In this document: positions 8,843-18,619 of the stretch, in pieces
Numbering within the stretch: the stretch's first letter is position 1
Layout of the letters: each line of letters begins with the position of its first letter
Assembly: GCA_964484655.1 (NCBI GenBank)
Contig: CAZAFA010000001.1
Span: 31,242 to 95,241, forward strand
Origin: an uncultured Candidatus Saccharibacteria bacterium
Lineage (GTDB): Bacteria; Patescibacteriota; Minisyncoccia; UBA6257; 2-01-FULL-56-20
Direction of reading: 5' to 3'
Length of the DNA stretch: 64,000 nt
Notes under the pieces: generated by a model
Database searches by the model: none
What the model was told of the DNA's origin: nothing
The model's input: only the letters and a program-made list of their open reading frames with translations
Made by a program: the position numbers and the translations under genes

Positions 8843-10041
8843 TAAACTCACGAACCGCTTCCGTAGGATGCGCCAGGCGTCCAGCGGCGAGAGCATGCTC
8901 AATAGATACCGTGCCTCGGCGAGGATGGAGAGTAGCTGCGCGAGTCGTCCTCGGCAGCGCACGCCCAGGTACTGGGCGACGCCTCCCCTGGTACCCAGCG
9001 GGACCACGAACACCGGCCAGCCAGGATGGAACGGCCGCTCCTTCTTCCCGGCGATGCGCCGCAGGATGTTGTCCGCGACGCGGTCCGCCTGGTCGAGCGC
9101 CATATGCGCGGTCCAGGGAAGCGGCTTGCCCTTGTAATGGAAGGACGCGGCGTCGCCGATCGCATACACGTGCGGCTCGACGCCGCCCTCCTGCGGCACG
9201 CACGTCAGAGGCGCATCCGCCGCGAGCCGTCCCTTCTCCTGCACGTAGGGGAGCGTGCTCAGGATCGCCGGCGGCTGGATGCCGCCGGTCCAGACGAGCA
9301 CGTCGTGCGGCAGCGCGGCGCCGTCCGCGAGCGTCACCGCATCCTTGTCCGCGCCGGTTATGGCGACGCCGGTGCGCACCTGCACGCCTCTGCGCGCGAG
9401 CTCTTCGGCGGCGTAGGTCCGGACGTGCTCCGGGTAATTGCCGAGAATGGAAGGCGAAGCTTCCACGAGGGTGACGTGAACGCCTGCCTGCCAGGCGCCG
9501 ATGCGCTCGGCGAGCATCGCCGCGAGCTCGACGCCGGTCGGACCGGCGCCGCCTATCGTCACGCGCAGCGGCTTGTCCCGTCCGCGCATGAGCGTCGCGA
9601 GCGTGCGGTTGATGCGGTCCGCGTCAGCGAGCGTCTTGAGCGTGACGGCGTGCTCCTTGAGGCCGGGGATGCCGTAATACGCAGGCTCGCTCCCGAGCGC
9701 GATCACGAGCGTGTCGTAGCCGACCTGCCGTCCGTCCGCGAGCCCCACGGTCCTTGCCTCGGCGTCGATCGACGCGACCTCGGCCTGCATGAACGAGATC
9801 GGGAGGCCGGCGATGAGGCGCCGGATGGAGAGGGCGAAGGCGCGGTCCATAACGCGACGCCGCGCCGCGTCGGTGACGGCGCCCGCGAGGAGGTAGAAGC
9901 CGGGCGTGTAGCCGTGCATGCCGTCGCGGTTGATCAGCGTCACCGCGAGGTGCCGCCGCTTCGCGTCCCGCGCGAGGTTCCGCGCGGCGCGGATCCCGGC
10001 GAATCCGCCGCCGACGATGACCACGCGATGCGGGGAGCTCA
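8840..10041 (-). CDS. ndh: Type II NADH dehydrogenase (NDH-2), FAD-dependent pyridine nucleotide-disulfide oxidoreductase
   Basis: VVIVGGGFAGIRAA dinucleotide-binding motif, a second GAGPTGVELAAML Rossmann motif, and AIGDAA near the C-terminus. The start was chosen at MSSPH; the track ORF extends to 10087. Confidence 0.7.
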
Positions 10042-10086
10042 TGCGCACATTGTACCGGGGGTCCCCGATGAGTAAACTCGAGGGCA

Positions 10087-12255
10087 ATGCTCAAGCCTCT
10101 CGCCGACGCCTCCGACCGCGCCCTCTCCGGCATCGCGCTCGTGCGCATCGACGTCAACGCGGCTGACGACTGGCGCCTCGAGGCGGTCGTGCCTACGATT
10201 CGCCATCTCGCGGAGCGCGCGCGGAAGGTGATCGTGATCAGCCACAAGGGACGTCCGTCGCCGGGACAGCGCCTCGGCCCGCTGAGCCTCTGGAGCGACG
10301 CGCAGAAGCTGCAGGAGCATCTGGAGCAGGACGTCTGGTTCGTCTCCGACACGAGCATTCCCGCGGTGCGCAAGGAGCTCGCCACGATTCCCGACGGCAC
10401 CGTGACGGTCCTCGAGAACATCCGCGCCTTCAAGGGCGAATCCTCGGACGCGGAGAGCTTCGCGGCCGCGCTCGCCTCGCTCGGGGACTACTACGTCTCC
10501 GACGCGTTCCCGGTCTTGCATCACCCGGCGGCTTCCGTGACCGGCCTGCCGCGCCTCCTGCCGAGCTACGCCGGCTTCCAGCTCACCGAGGAGCTCGAGC
10601 GGCTCGGCAAGCTCTCCAACCGCGTGCGCCGGCCGTACGTGGTGGTAATCGGCGGCGCGAAGGCGGGGGACAAGCTCGGCGTCCTCGAGGAGGTGATCGG
10701 GCGCGCGGACAAGGTGCTCGTCGGCGGCGCGTGCGCGAACGCGCTGCTCGCGCTCTCGGGCGTCGACGTCGGGAACTCCGTCTACGAGCGCGACCCGAAG
10801 CTGCTCGCCGCGCTCAAGCCGTACGTGGGGCATAAGAAGATCATCCTGCCGACGGACTACGTCAGGAGCGGCGGCCGGATCCTCGACATCGGCCCGAAGA
10901 CGGCGCGCGCCTTCGCGCGCGAGGTGGGCAAGGCGGGGACCGTGCTCTGGACGGGCCCGCTCGGCCTCATCGAGCAGAAGCGCTTCGCGAAGGGCACGCT
11001 CGCCGCGGCCGTCGCGGCGGCGCGCAACCGCAAGGCGTTCACGGTCACCGGCGGCGGCGAGACGGTCACGTTCCTCAAGCAGCACGGCCTCGACCGGAAG
11101 TTCTCCTTCATCTCGACCGGCGGCGGCGCGATGATCGACTTCGTCGCGGGGAAGAAGCTGCCCGGCCTCGAGGCGCTCGCCGGACGCAAGGCGCCCGCCC
11201 CGCGGAAGAAGGCGGCCACGACGAAGGAGCGCGTCGCCCAGGTCATCGCGCCGAAGATGCCGAAGCTCGCGCCGACCTATGACATCTTCTTCCACGACGA
11301 CTTCGACGGCCGCGCCTCGGCCGCGGTCTTCATGGACTTCCTGTCGTCGCGCAAGAGCAAGGTGGGCCGCCTGATCCCGGTGGAGCACGACCTTGCCGAC
11401 GTCTGGCTCAAGCGCGACGCGCTCAATCGCATCGCCGGCAGCAAGCGGATCAACCCGGCCGTAGTCGTGGATTTCCCGTACCACCCGCAGGCCGCCTTCT
11501 GGTATGACCATCATCCGGGCGCCATCCGCCTGCCGGAGTGGGAGGCGCGCTTCCAGCCGTCCGTGTTCCGCCGGCTCGACACGGACTACGCGTCGGCCTG
11601 CCATCTCGTCCTGGACATGCTCGTCGAGGGATTCGGGTACGCGCCGCCGCGCCGCATCAAGGAGCTCGCGCGCTGGGCGGACATCGTCGACAGCGCCCGC
11701 TGGACCAACCCGTATCAGACCTTCGCGCTTCGGGAGCCTGGCATGCAGGTGAGCTCCTTCATCAGCGACGAGGCTGCCGCCGCCGCGCGCCGCGGCGAGC
11801 GCACGGACGCGCTTCCCTGGCTCATCGAGCTCATGGCCAAGCACGGCGTCGAGCGCGCCTCGCGCGACAAGCGCGTGCAGGCGGCCGTCGCGCGCATCCG
11901 CGAGGAGAGCAAGCAGTCGCTCGCGTTCTACCGCCGCAACCTGGAGGAGCGGGGGATCGTCGCGGTCATCGACACGTCGGGCCTGCCGACGCGCAAGCTG
12001 CGGTACGCGCCGTACTACCTGTCTCCCGCAGCGATCTACGCGCTCGCCCTGTCCGAGCGCAAGGACGGCTCGTACGTCATCCAGGCAGGCGTCAGCCCCT
12101 GGAAACGGGAGCGCAACGCCTTCGACATCGGCGGCGTGCTCCGGCAGTTCGGGGGCGGCGGCCATCCCTTCGCGGGCGCCGTGCGGCTCGCCACCCGAGC
12201 CGAAGCCGACCGCGTCGTCGACTACCTCGTCTCGCTGTTCAATGGCACCAGCTAG
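10087..12255 (+). CDS. pgk: Fusion protein: phosphoglycerate kinase (N-terminal) plus DHH/DHHA1 phosphoesterase (NrnA-like, C-terminal)
   Basis: Residues 1-~372 form a complete PGK, ending with the PGK C-terminus FISTGGGAMIDFVAGKKLPGLEAL. A basic linker follows. The C-terminal ~350 aa carry DHH motifs FHDDFDG, VVVDFPYHP, WYDHHPG and the DHHA1 GGGGHPFAG. There is no stop between the two parts. Confidence 0.75.
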   Translation: MLKPLADASDRALSGIALVRIDVNAADDWRLEAVVPTIRHLAERARKVIVISHKGRPSPGQRLGPLSLWSDAQKLQEHLEQDVWFVSDTSIPAVRKELATIPDGTVTVLENIRAFKGESSDAESFAAALASLGDYYVSDAFPVLHHPAASVTGLPRLLPSYAGFQLTEELERLGKLSNRVRRPYVVVIGGAKAGDKLGVLEEVIGRADKVLVGGACANALLALSGVDVGNSVYERDPKLLAALKPYVGHKKIILPTDYVRSGGRILDIGPKTARAFAREVGKAGTVLWTGPLGLIEQKRFAKGTLAAAVAAARNRKAFTVTGGGETVTFLKQHGLDRKFSFISTGGGAMIDFVAGKKLPGLEALAGRKAPAPRKKAATTKERVAQVIAPKMPKLAPTYDIFFHDDFDGRASAAVFMDFLSSRKSKVGRLIPVEHDLADVWLKRDALNRIAGSKRINPAVVVDFPYHPQAAFWYDHHPGAIRLPEWEARFQPSVFRRLDTDYASACHLVLDMLVEGFGYAPPRRIKELARWADIVDSARWTNPYQTFALREPGMQVSSFISDEAAAAARRGERTDALPWLIELMAKHGVERASRDKRVQAAVARIREESKQSLAFYRRNLEERGIVAVIDTSGLPTRKLRYAPYYLSPAAIYALALSERKDGSYVIQAGVSPWKRERNAFDIGGVLRQFGGGGHPFAGAVRLATRAEADRVVDYLVSLFNGTS

Positions 12256-12676
12256 GCCCCAGCTCACCGACGGCGTCCTCGTCGTCTACACGGACGGGGG
12301 CTCGCGCGGCAACCCCGGCCCTGCCGCCGCCGGCTGGGTGGTCGGCGGGCTGAGCTTCGGAAAGTTCATCGGCGTCACCACGAACAACGACGCCGAGTAC
12401 CAGGCCATCATCAACGGACTGCGGACCGCGAAGGACCTGCTCGGGAAGGCGACGGCGAAGCGTACGCGCGTCGAGGTGCGCATGGACTCCGAGCTCGCCT
12501 GCAAGCAGCTCAATCACGAGTACCGGCTCAACGATCCCCAGATCCAGAGGCACTTCATCGAGATCTGGAACCTCATGCTCGACTTCGCGGAGGTGCGCTT
12601 CGTGCACGTGCGCCGCGAGTTCAACAAGGACGCGGACGCTGCTGCGAACCGGGCCCTGGACGAGGCGGGATACTAG
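12242..12676 (+). CDS. rnhA: Ribonuclease HI
   Basis: YTDGGSRGNPGPAAAGWV, TNNDAEYQAII, MDSELAC and HVRREFNKDADAAAN are the catalytic DEDD-region signatures of RNase H1. Confidence 0.8.
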   Translation: MAPARPQLTDGVLVVYTDGGSRGNPGPAAAGWVVGGLSFGKFIGVTTNNDAEYQAIINGLRTAKDLLGKATAKRTRVEVRMDSELACKQLNHEYRLNDPQIQRHFIEIWNLMLDFAEVRFVHVRREFNKDADAAANRALDEAGY

Positions 12677-12695
12677 GACCTGGTACACTTATCCC

Positions 12696-13223
12696 ATGCA
12701 CAAGACCGCCAAGATACTCATCGCCGTCCTGGCGCTCGTCCTCATCGCCTTCGTCGCGTATCGCGCGACGAAGAGCCGGACGGTCGTCGGGACGCCGTCG
12801 CCTGACAAGGTGACCTGGACGAGCTTCGCCGACCCGCAGGAGCGCTACGCGCTCGACCAGCCGCAGGGCTTCGACCCGCTGCCGAGCGTGGACGGGTCCA
12901 AGATGTCGTTCCGCAACGCGGCGCTGACCCGCGAGGGCCAACCCGCCACGGTCTCGGTCGAGCTCATGGACAATCCCGACGACCTCGACCTCCAGTCCTG
13001 GTTCGACCAGCAGATTCGCGACGGCATCCTGCCCGCCTACAGCACGTCGACGAAGATCACCCGCGACGGGCGCCTCGGCGGCAAGGAGGTCATCACGGTG
13101 CGCCCCGCCGTGGGATCGTCCTCGTACTTCTTCGTAGCCGGACCCAAGAAAATCGCGGTCATGCACGAGATCCTCGCCGAGGCGTACATGGACCGCTTCA
13201 TCCGCAGCTTCTCGCTGAAGTAG
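12696..13223 (+). CDS. Hypothetical membrane-anchored/secreted protein
   Basis: 175 aa with an N-terminal TM/signal anchor. No known domain. Confidence 0.4.
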   Translation: MHKTAKILIAVLALVLIAFVAYRATKSRTVVGTPSPDKVTWTSFADPQERYALDQPQGFDPLPSVDGSKMSFRNAALTREGQPATVSVELMDNPDDLDLQSWFDQQIRDGILPAYSTSTKITRDGRLGGKEVITVRPAVGSSSYFFVAGPKKIAVMHEILAEAYMDRFIRSFSLK

Positions 13224-15017
13224 CTAGTCGAGGCGGTACAGGAAGATGCTCGTGCCGGCGCGGGCGTCCGGCTCCGGGACGGTGCCGTGCGCCGCGCCGC
13301 GCAGCGCCTGGAGCCACCGGTACTCGTCGATGGTCAGGCGCGGCTCGAGGTTCGCGAGGCCCTGGGTCGCCGTGAGGAGGTAGCTGCTGGATACCGCGAG
13401 CCAGCGGATGCCGTATTCCGCGGGATTGCCGCGCGCTGACCACCAGGCGATCGCGCGCGGGCCGAGCAATGCTTGCGGATCGCTGCCGCCGAACAAGTCC
13501 ACCGCTATGAGCCCTTCTTCAGGGTGCTCGTCCATCCAGCGGCGGAGGCGCAGCGCGTCCTGCCCCCAGTCGTAGTTGCTGTCCGCGGCGACCAGGTAGC
13601 CGTGCGCGGTCCCGCCCGCGAGCGGGTTGTAGTACGCGAGCGGGTAGGGTAGGGACAGGATGCCGACCGCGCCATGCAGCGCGAGCGCGCCCGCGAGCGC
13701 GTAGCCGAAGCGGCGGTCGCGCCGCGCCGCCTCGCGCCAGCCGGCGAGCGCGACGAGGTAGCCTGCCAGGATGACCGGGAAGAGATGGCGGATGCCGATG
13801 TTCAGCGAGCTCCGGAAGGTCATCGCGAGGTAGAGGGCCGCGAAGACGGCGAGCACGAGCTCGGGACTGACGCGCCGGCCGATCGCCGCCTCCCCGCCGC
13901 GCTGCCGCTCGCGGCGGTACAGCCAGAGGCCGGCTATCAGGATGGCGAGCGCGGGGAGCGTCTCCTTCGCGGCGTAGACTACCGGGAAGTAGAGGCGCGA
14001 GCCCGCCGCGCTCACGCTGCCGAGGAAGTAGGCGGTGTTTCCGCCCGCGGACCGCTGCGCGACCATGAGGACGCCGAGGAGGTACGTCCCGGCGGGCTGC
14101 GTGAGCTTGCTGCCCGAGAGCGCGATGGCGAGATCGGCCGCGTAGCGCTGCGGCGGGCGCACCAGGCGGTCCGTCGGCCCGCCGGCGAAGGAGCTCAGCA
14201 GGAACGCCGCGTCGCGGCGGCTGATCTCCGGTTCGCCGCGCAGCGTCAGCGCGAGGTAGGCGGGATATACCACGAGCGAGTACGCGGCCACGATGACGAC
14301 CGCCGTCTGCTTGAGGAGGAGGCGCGCATGCGGCCACGAGCGCGCGCCGCGGTACCCATGCAGCGCCGCTACCGCGAGGAAGGCCGGCACGAGGAGCACG
14401 AGCGAGAACTTCGCGAGCTCGGCGACGCCGAGCGCGACGACGGCGAGCGCGCCGCTCCGGAGGCCCGGCCGGTTCAGGAACGCGGCGAAGGCGGCGCAGG
14501 CGAGCGCTCCCGCTCCCGCGGCCGCGACGTCGGTGGTGACCAGGTGCGCGTGGCCGAGGAAGAACGGCGAGAGCGCGACGAGCGCGACGAGCGCGACGCC
14601 CCAGGCCTCGCCCCAGCGCCGCGCGACGGCGCGCCAGCCGATCAGCAGCAGGCCGAGGTTGAGGAGGGCCACGCCGAGGCGGCCGAGCGCGAGCAGGGCG
14701 CCCGCGTCGCGGTCGCCGCCCCAGAGCACCGCGTCGCCTGCGCGCCACTGCTCGTTGATGCCGCCGTCCCACCACGGCGCGTCGGTCGGGAGGCGCGGCT
14801 GGACGACCTGCGCGAATGCGCCCGCGAAGACCTTGATCAGCGGGGGATGCTCCGGATTGAGCCGGTACGCCAGCTGCTGCACGTACCCGATGCCGGCAGC
14901 CAGGTGCGGCGTCTCGTCGACCGCAGGCGCGTCCGCGAAGAGGGCGTAGCCGCTCCAGAGCGCCGTGATGAGGACCAGCAGCGCGCCGAGCGCGCGGTAT
15001 CGGACGGCGGGGGACAC
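13224..15017 (-). CDS. Glycosyltransferase family 39 (ArnT/PMT-like) membrane protein, second copy
   Basis: 597 aa and polytopic. DETPHLAAGIGY and NPEHPPLIK motifs typical of GT-C mannosyl/arabinosyl transferases. Confidence 0.6.
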   Translation of the reverse strand: MSPAVRYRALGALLVLITALWSGYALFADAPAVDETPHLAAGIGYVQQLAYRLNPEHPPLIKVFAGAFAQVVQPRLPTDAPWWDGGINEQWRAGDAVLWGGDRDAGALLALGRLGVALLNLGLLLIGWRAVARRWGEAWGVALVALVALSPFFLGHAHLVTTDVAAAGAGALACAAFAAFLNRPGLRSGALAVVALGVAELAKFSLVLLVPAFLAVAALHGYRGARSWPHARLLLKQTAVVIVAAYSLVVYPAYLALTLRGEPEISRRDAAFLLSSFAGGPTDRLVRPPQRYAADLAIALSGSKLTQPAGTYLLGVLMVAQRSAGGNTAYFLGSVSAAGSRLYFPVVYAAKETLPALAILIAGLWLYRRERQRGGEAAIGRRVSPELVLAVFAALYLAMTFRSSLNIGIRHLFPVILAGYLVALAGWREAARRDRRFGYALAGALALHGAVGILSLPYPLAYYNPLAGGTAHGYLVAADSNYDWGQDALRLRRWMDEHPEEGLIAVDLFGGSDPQALLGPRAIAWWSARGNPAEYGIRWLAVSSSYLLTATQGLANLEPRLTIDEYRWLQALRGAAHGTVPEPDARAGTSIFLYRLD

Positions 15018-15059
15018 GGCGTCAGTCTACTGCATTGAGGAGGGCGGTCGAGTACGGCT

Positions 15060-16856
15060 ATGATGCAGCCGATGCGCGACATCGTCCCATACGCCGACGC
15101 CGATCCCACGCCGGACCGTCCCCCGCGGCCGCCGGTCCCGCGCGAGCCGCGGCGGAAGCTCCGTGCCGCCCTCCTCGCGTCCTTCCTCGGCCTTGCGCTC
15201 CTGGTCGCGAGCGTCGGGTCCATCGTCGTGGCGTTCGGCCGGATGGCCGACGCGACGCCGCTCTCGTTCCCGCTCGCATCCGTCCTCGAGACTATCTCGA
15301 GCGCGTACCGCCGCATAGCCGGATTTGCCGGCAGCAGCGTGGCGCTCGTACGGCTCGGCAACGAGGCCCTCGCCCTCGCCCCGGACCTCCTCAAGGGGAA
15401 GCGCGGCGACGAATTGATTGCACTCCTCGGCCGCGCGCAGGACGAGCTCGCCGCGCTCGGCAGCACGGGCCTCGTGCCCGAGCTCGGCGCCAAGGGGAGC
15501 GACCTGGCGACGGCGGCGGGCGCGTTCCGCGAATGGCTCGACAGCGCGGAGGAGCGCCGCGTCGCCGTGGTCTTCGGCAACTCCGCCGAGATGCGCGCCG
15601 GCGGCGGCTTCATCGGCAGCTACGCCGAGGTCACGCTGCGCCGCGGCGCCGTCGCGGGGATCGTCGTGCGCGACATCAACGACGCCGACAGCGGGAGCGG
15701 CGACCGCACGATCCCGCCACCGCAGCTCGAGCCCGTCGCCGCGCGCTGGCGAGCCGCCGACGCCAACTGGTTCCTCTCCGGGCCCGCGTCCGGCGCCGCG
15801 TTCCTGAACCTGCTCAACCGCTCGCCGCTCTATAAGGACAAGCCGGTCGACGCGGCTTTCTTCGTCGCGCCGCGCGTGGTCTCCGACTTCCTCGCGCTCA
15901 CCGGCCCGATCGAGGCGGGCGGCGTGACCGTCGACAAGGACAACTTCCTCCGCGTCATCCAGAACGAGGTCCAGGAGGGGCAGGCGTCCGGCGCGGAATC
16001 GCCCAAGGCCGTGCTCACCGCGCTCGTGCCGGCCTTCACCGACGCCCTCCTCTCGCAGGCGCGGAGCCAGCCGCTCGCCGTCGTCGAGACGCTCCGGAAC
16101 GGCGTCGCGCGGCGCGACATCGTCGCGTACGCAGACGACGCCGCCGTGGAGCGCGCGCTGGACCTGCTCGGCATGAGCGGCAGCCTCTACCCGACCGGGG
16201 ACCGCTTCGTCGGCGGCTACGTCGCCGTCGCCCCGAGCACGATCGGCGGGGACAAGACGGACGCCGTCACGGGCCAGGAGGTCCGCGTCAGGCAGCAGCT
16301 CTTCCCGAAGGGTCTCGTCGAGACCACCGTCGAGGTGGAGCGCGCCCATCGCGGCGCCGACGACGACCCGTGGTGGTACCGCGAGGAGCACCGCAGCTAC
16401 GTGAAGGTCTACGCGCCGCAGGATTCCACGCCGCTCGCCGCGACCGGCATCTGGCTGCGCGACCGCGCGCTCGCGACGTACGACGGCACGTTCTCCGCCT
16501 ACGAGCCGCTCGCGACGGTCCTGTCCACGCGGGCGTACTTCCCGGACGTGCCCGGCGTCGAGTCGTACCGCGAGGCGGACAAGACGGTGTTCGGCTTCTG
16601 GCAGCGCACGGCGCGCGGCGCCTCGACCGTGGCGCGCCTCTCCTACGCGACCCAGCTGCCGCGCGAGCTCCGGGACGGCGACGCGTATGCCTTCGTCCTC
16701 GAGCGCCAGCCGGCGAGCACCTCCTCGTACCGGGTCGACGTGTACGCGCCGCCCGGATTCCGCTTCGCCGAGAGCGGGACCGCGCGGTACCAGTGGTCCA
16801 GCGAAGATCCCGCGGGCCGCACCGTGACGGCGCTCACCCTGCAGGCCGCCCCGTGA
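15060..16856 (+). CDS. Hypothetical membrane-anchored extracellular protein (DUF4012-like)
   Basis: 598 aa with a Pro-rich N-terminus and one TM. The GGFIGSYAEV motif is remembered from DUF4012 family proteins. Low certainty on the family. Confidence 0.4.
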   Translation: MMQPMRDIVPYADADPTPDRPPRPPVPREPRRKLRAALLASFLGLALLVASVGSIVVAFGRMADATPLSFPLASVLETISSAYRRIAGFAGSSVALVRLGNEALALAPDLLKGKRGDELIALLGRAQDELAALGSTGLVPELGAKGSDLATAAGAFREWLDSAEERRVAVVFGNSAEMRAGGGFIGSYAEVTLRRGAVAGIVVRDINDADSGSGDRTIPPPQLEPVAARWRAADANWFLSGPASGAAFLNLLNRSPLYKDKPVDAAFFVAPRVVSDFLALTGPIEAGGVTVDKDNFLRVIQNEVQEGQASGAESPKAVLTALVPAFTDALLSQARSQPLAVVETLRNGVARRDIVAYADDAAVERALDLLGMSGSLYPTGDRFVGGYVAVAPSTIGGDKTDAVTGQEVRVRQQLFPKGLVETTVEVERAHRGADDDPWWYREEHRSYVKVYAPQDSTPLAATGIWLRDRALATYDGTFSAYEPLATVLSTRAYFPDVPGVESYREADKTVFGFWQRTARGASTVARLSYATQLPRELRDGDAYAFVLERQPASTSSYRVDVYAPPGFRFAESGTARYQWSSEDPAGRTVTALTLQAAP

Positions 16857-18607
16857 TGGACATCCGCAACTTCGTCATCATCGCGCACATCGACCACGGC
16901 AAGTCCACGCTCGCGGACCGCATGCTCGAGGTCACGGGCACCGTCGAGATGCGCAAGATGCGCGCGCAGTACCTCGACCAGCTCGAGCTCGAGCGCGAGC
17001 GCGGCATCACCATCAAGATGGCGCCGGTGCGCATGCAGTGGAAGGGCGTGACGCTCAACCTCATCGACACGCCGGGGCACAGCGACTTCAGCTACGAGGT
17101 CAGCCGCGCCCTGCAGGCGGTCGAGGGCGCCGTGCTCCTGGTCGACGCGACCAAGGGCATCCAGGCGCAGACGCTCTCCAACCTGCGCGCCGCCCGCGCG
17201 GCGGGTCTCACGATCATCGGCGCCGTGAACAAGGTGGACATGAACCCGCCCCACCTCGACGACACGATCCTCGCGCTCGCCCAGCTGCTGGACCAGAGCC
17301 CGGACGACATCCACCGCATCTCGGGCAAGGCCGGCACCGGCGTGCCGGAGCTCCTCGACATGGTCGTCGCGAAGGTCCCTCCCGCGGAGGCGGGGAGCGG
17401 CAAGCTTGCCGCCCTGATCTTCGACTCGCGCTACGACGACCATCGCGGCATCCTCGCCTTCGTGCGCGTCGAGGCCGGGCAGATCAGGCCCGGGGACGAG
17501 GTCGTGCTCGCCGCGACGGGCGCCCGGGTCAAGGTGAAGGAGGTCGGCTCGTTCGCGCCGCAGCTGACGCCGGGCAAGGCGCTCGAGACCGGGCAGATCG
17601 GCTACGTCGCCACCGGCCTCAAGGACACGGGCATCGTGCGCATCGGCGACACGGTCGTGCAGCAGGGCGGGGCTGACGCGGCGCTTCCGGGCTACCGCCA
17701 GCCGGAGCCGGTCGTCTTCATCGCGTTCTATCCGGACGAGAGCACGTCCTTCGACGACCTCGAGCGCGCGCTCGCCAAGCTCCGCCTCAACGACGCGGCG
17801 CTCGTGGTTTCCCCGGACGCCAACGAGGCGCTCGGACGCGGCCTGAAGGTGGGATTCCTCGGCCAGCTCCATTTCGAGATCACGGCCGGCCGCCTCCAGC
17901 GCGAGTTCGGCCTCTCGGTGGTCACGAGCTTCCCGTCCATCGCGTACCGCGTGCGGACCGGCGGCGTCGAGAAGATCGTCACCCAGGGCGACGAGTGGCC
18001 GAGCGAGGTGGACCAGGCCTGGCAGCCCATGATCAAGCTCGAGATCATCGCCCCGCCCGACTACGTCAACGCGGTCTCGCAGGTCGGCGCCCGGTACGAC
18101 ATGGAGACGCTCGCCTTCGAGAACATCGGCGAGTCCGTCCTCATCGAGGCGCGCATGCCGCTCTCCGAGCTCATCCGCGACTTCGACGACCAGCTGAAGT
18201 CCGCCACGGCCGGCTACGCGTCCTTCACGTACGAGCCGGACGGCGAGGAGGTCGCGAAGCTCGTGAAGCTGGAGATCCTGCTCGCGGGCGAGGTGGAGCC
18301 GGCGCTCACGCGCATCGTGCCGCGCAAGGACGCGGAGCGCGAAGGCCGCGGCATGTGCGAGAAGCTCAAGGAGCTCCTGCCGAAGCTGCAGTTCGCGCAG
18401 GCGATCCAGGCGCGCGTGGACAGCAAGATCATCGCGCGCGAGACGATCGCCGCCATGAAGAAGGACGTGACCGGGTACCTGTACGGCGGCGACCGCAGCC
18501 GCAAGATGAAGCTCTGGAAGAAGCAGCAGGAAGGCAAGAAGCGCCTCAAGGCGAGCGGCACGGTGTCGGTCCCGATCGAGGTATTCCGCGAGATCCTCAA
18601 GAAGTAG
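16856..18607 (+). CDS. lepA: Elongation factor 4 (LepA)
   Basis: NFVIIAHIDHGKSTLADR G1, DTPGH G3 and NKVD G4 motifs. The LepA-specific C-terminal domain is present. The track ORF has a spurious N-terminal extension from 16370. Confidence 0.85.
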   Translation: MDIRNFVIIAHIDHGKSTLADRMLEVTGTVEMRKMRAQYLDQLELERERGITIKMAPVRMQWKGVTLNLIDTPGHSDFSYEVSRALQAVEGAVLLVDATKGIQAQTLSNLRAARAAGLTIIGAVNKVDMNPPHLDDTILALAQLLDQSPDDIHRISGKAGTGVPELLDMVVAKVPPAEAGSGKLAALIFDSRYDDHRGILAFVRVEAGQIRPGDEVVLAATGARVKVKEVGSFAPQLTPGKALETGQIGYVATGLKDTGIVRIGDTVVQQGGADAALPGYRQPEPVVFIAFYPDESTSFDDLERALAKLRLNDAALVVSPDANEALGRGLKVGFLGQLHFEITAGRLQREFGLSVVTSFPSIAYRVRTGGVEKIVTQGDEWPSEVDQAWQPMIKLEIIAPPDYVNAVSQVGARYDMETLAFENIGESVLIEARMPLSELIRDFDDQLKSATAGYASFTYEPDGEEVAKLVKLEILLAGEVEPALTRIVPRKDAEREGRGMCEKLKELLPKLQFAQAIQARVDSKIIARETIAAMKKDVTGYLYGGDRSRKMKLWKKQQEGKKRLKASGTVSVPIEVFREILKK

Positions 18608-18619
18608 TAGGATAGCCGC

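Noticed and set aside
10039-12267. 742-aa minus-strand ORF.
   Set aside because: It is antisense to the pgk-DHH fusion gene; no motifs, low-complexity, GC-driven artefact.
16370-16855. N-terminal extension of the lepA ORF.
   Set aside because: It overlaps the 3' end of the upstream DUF4012-like gene in another frame. LepA homology begins at MDIRNF (16856).
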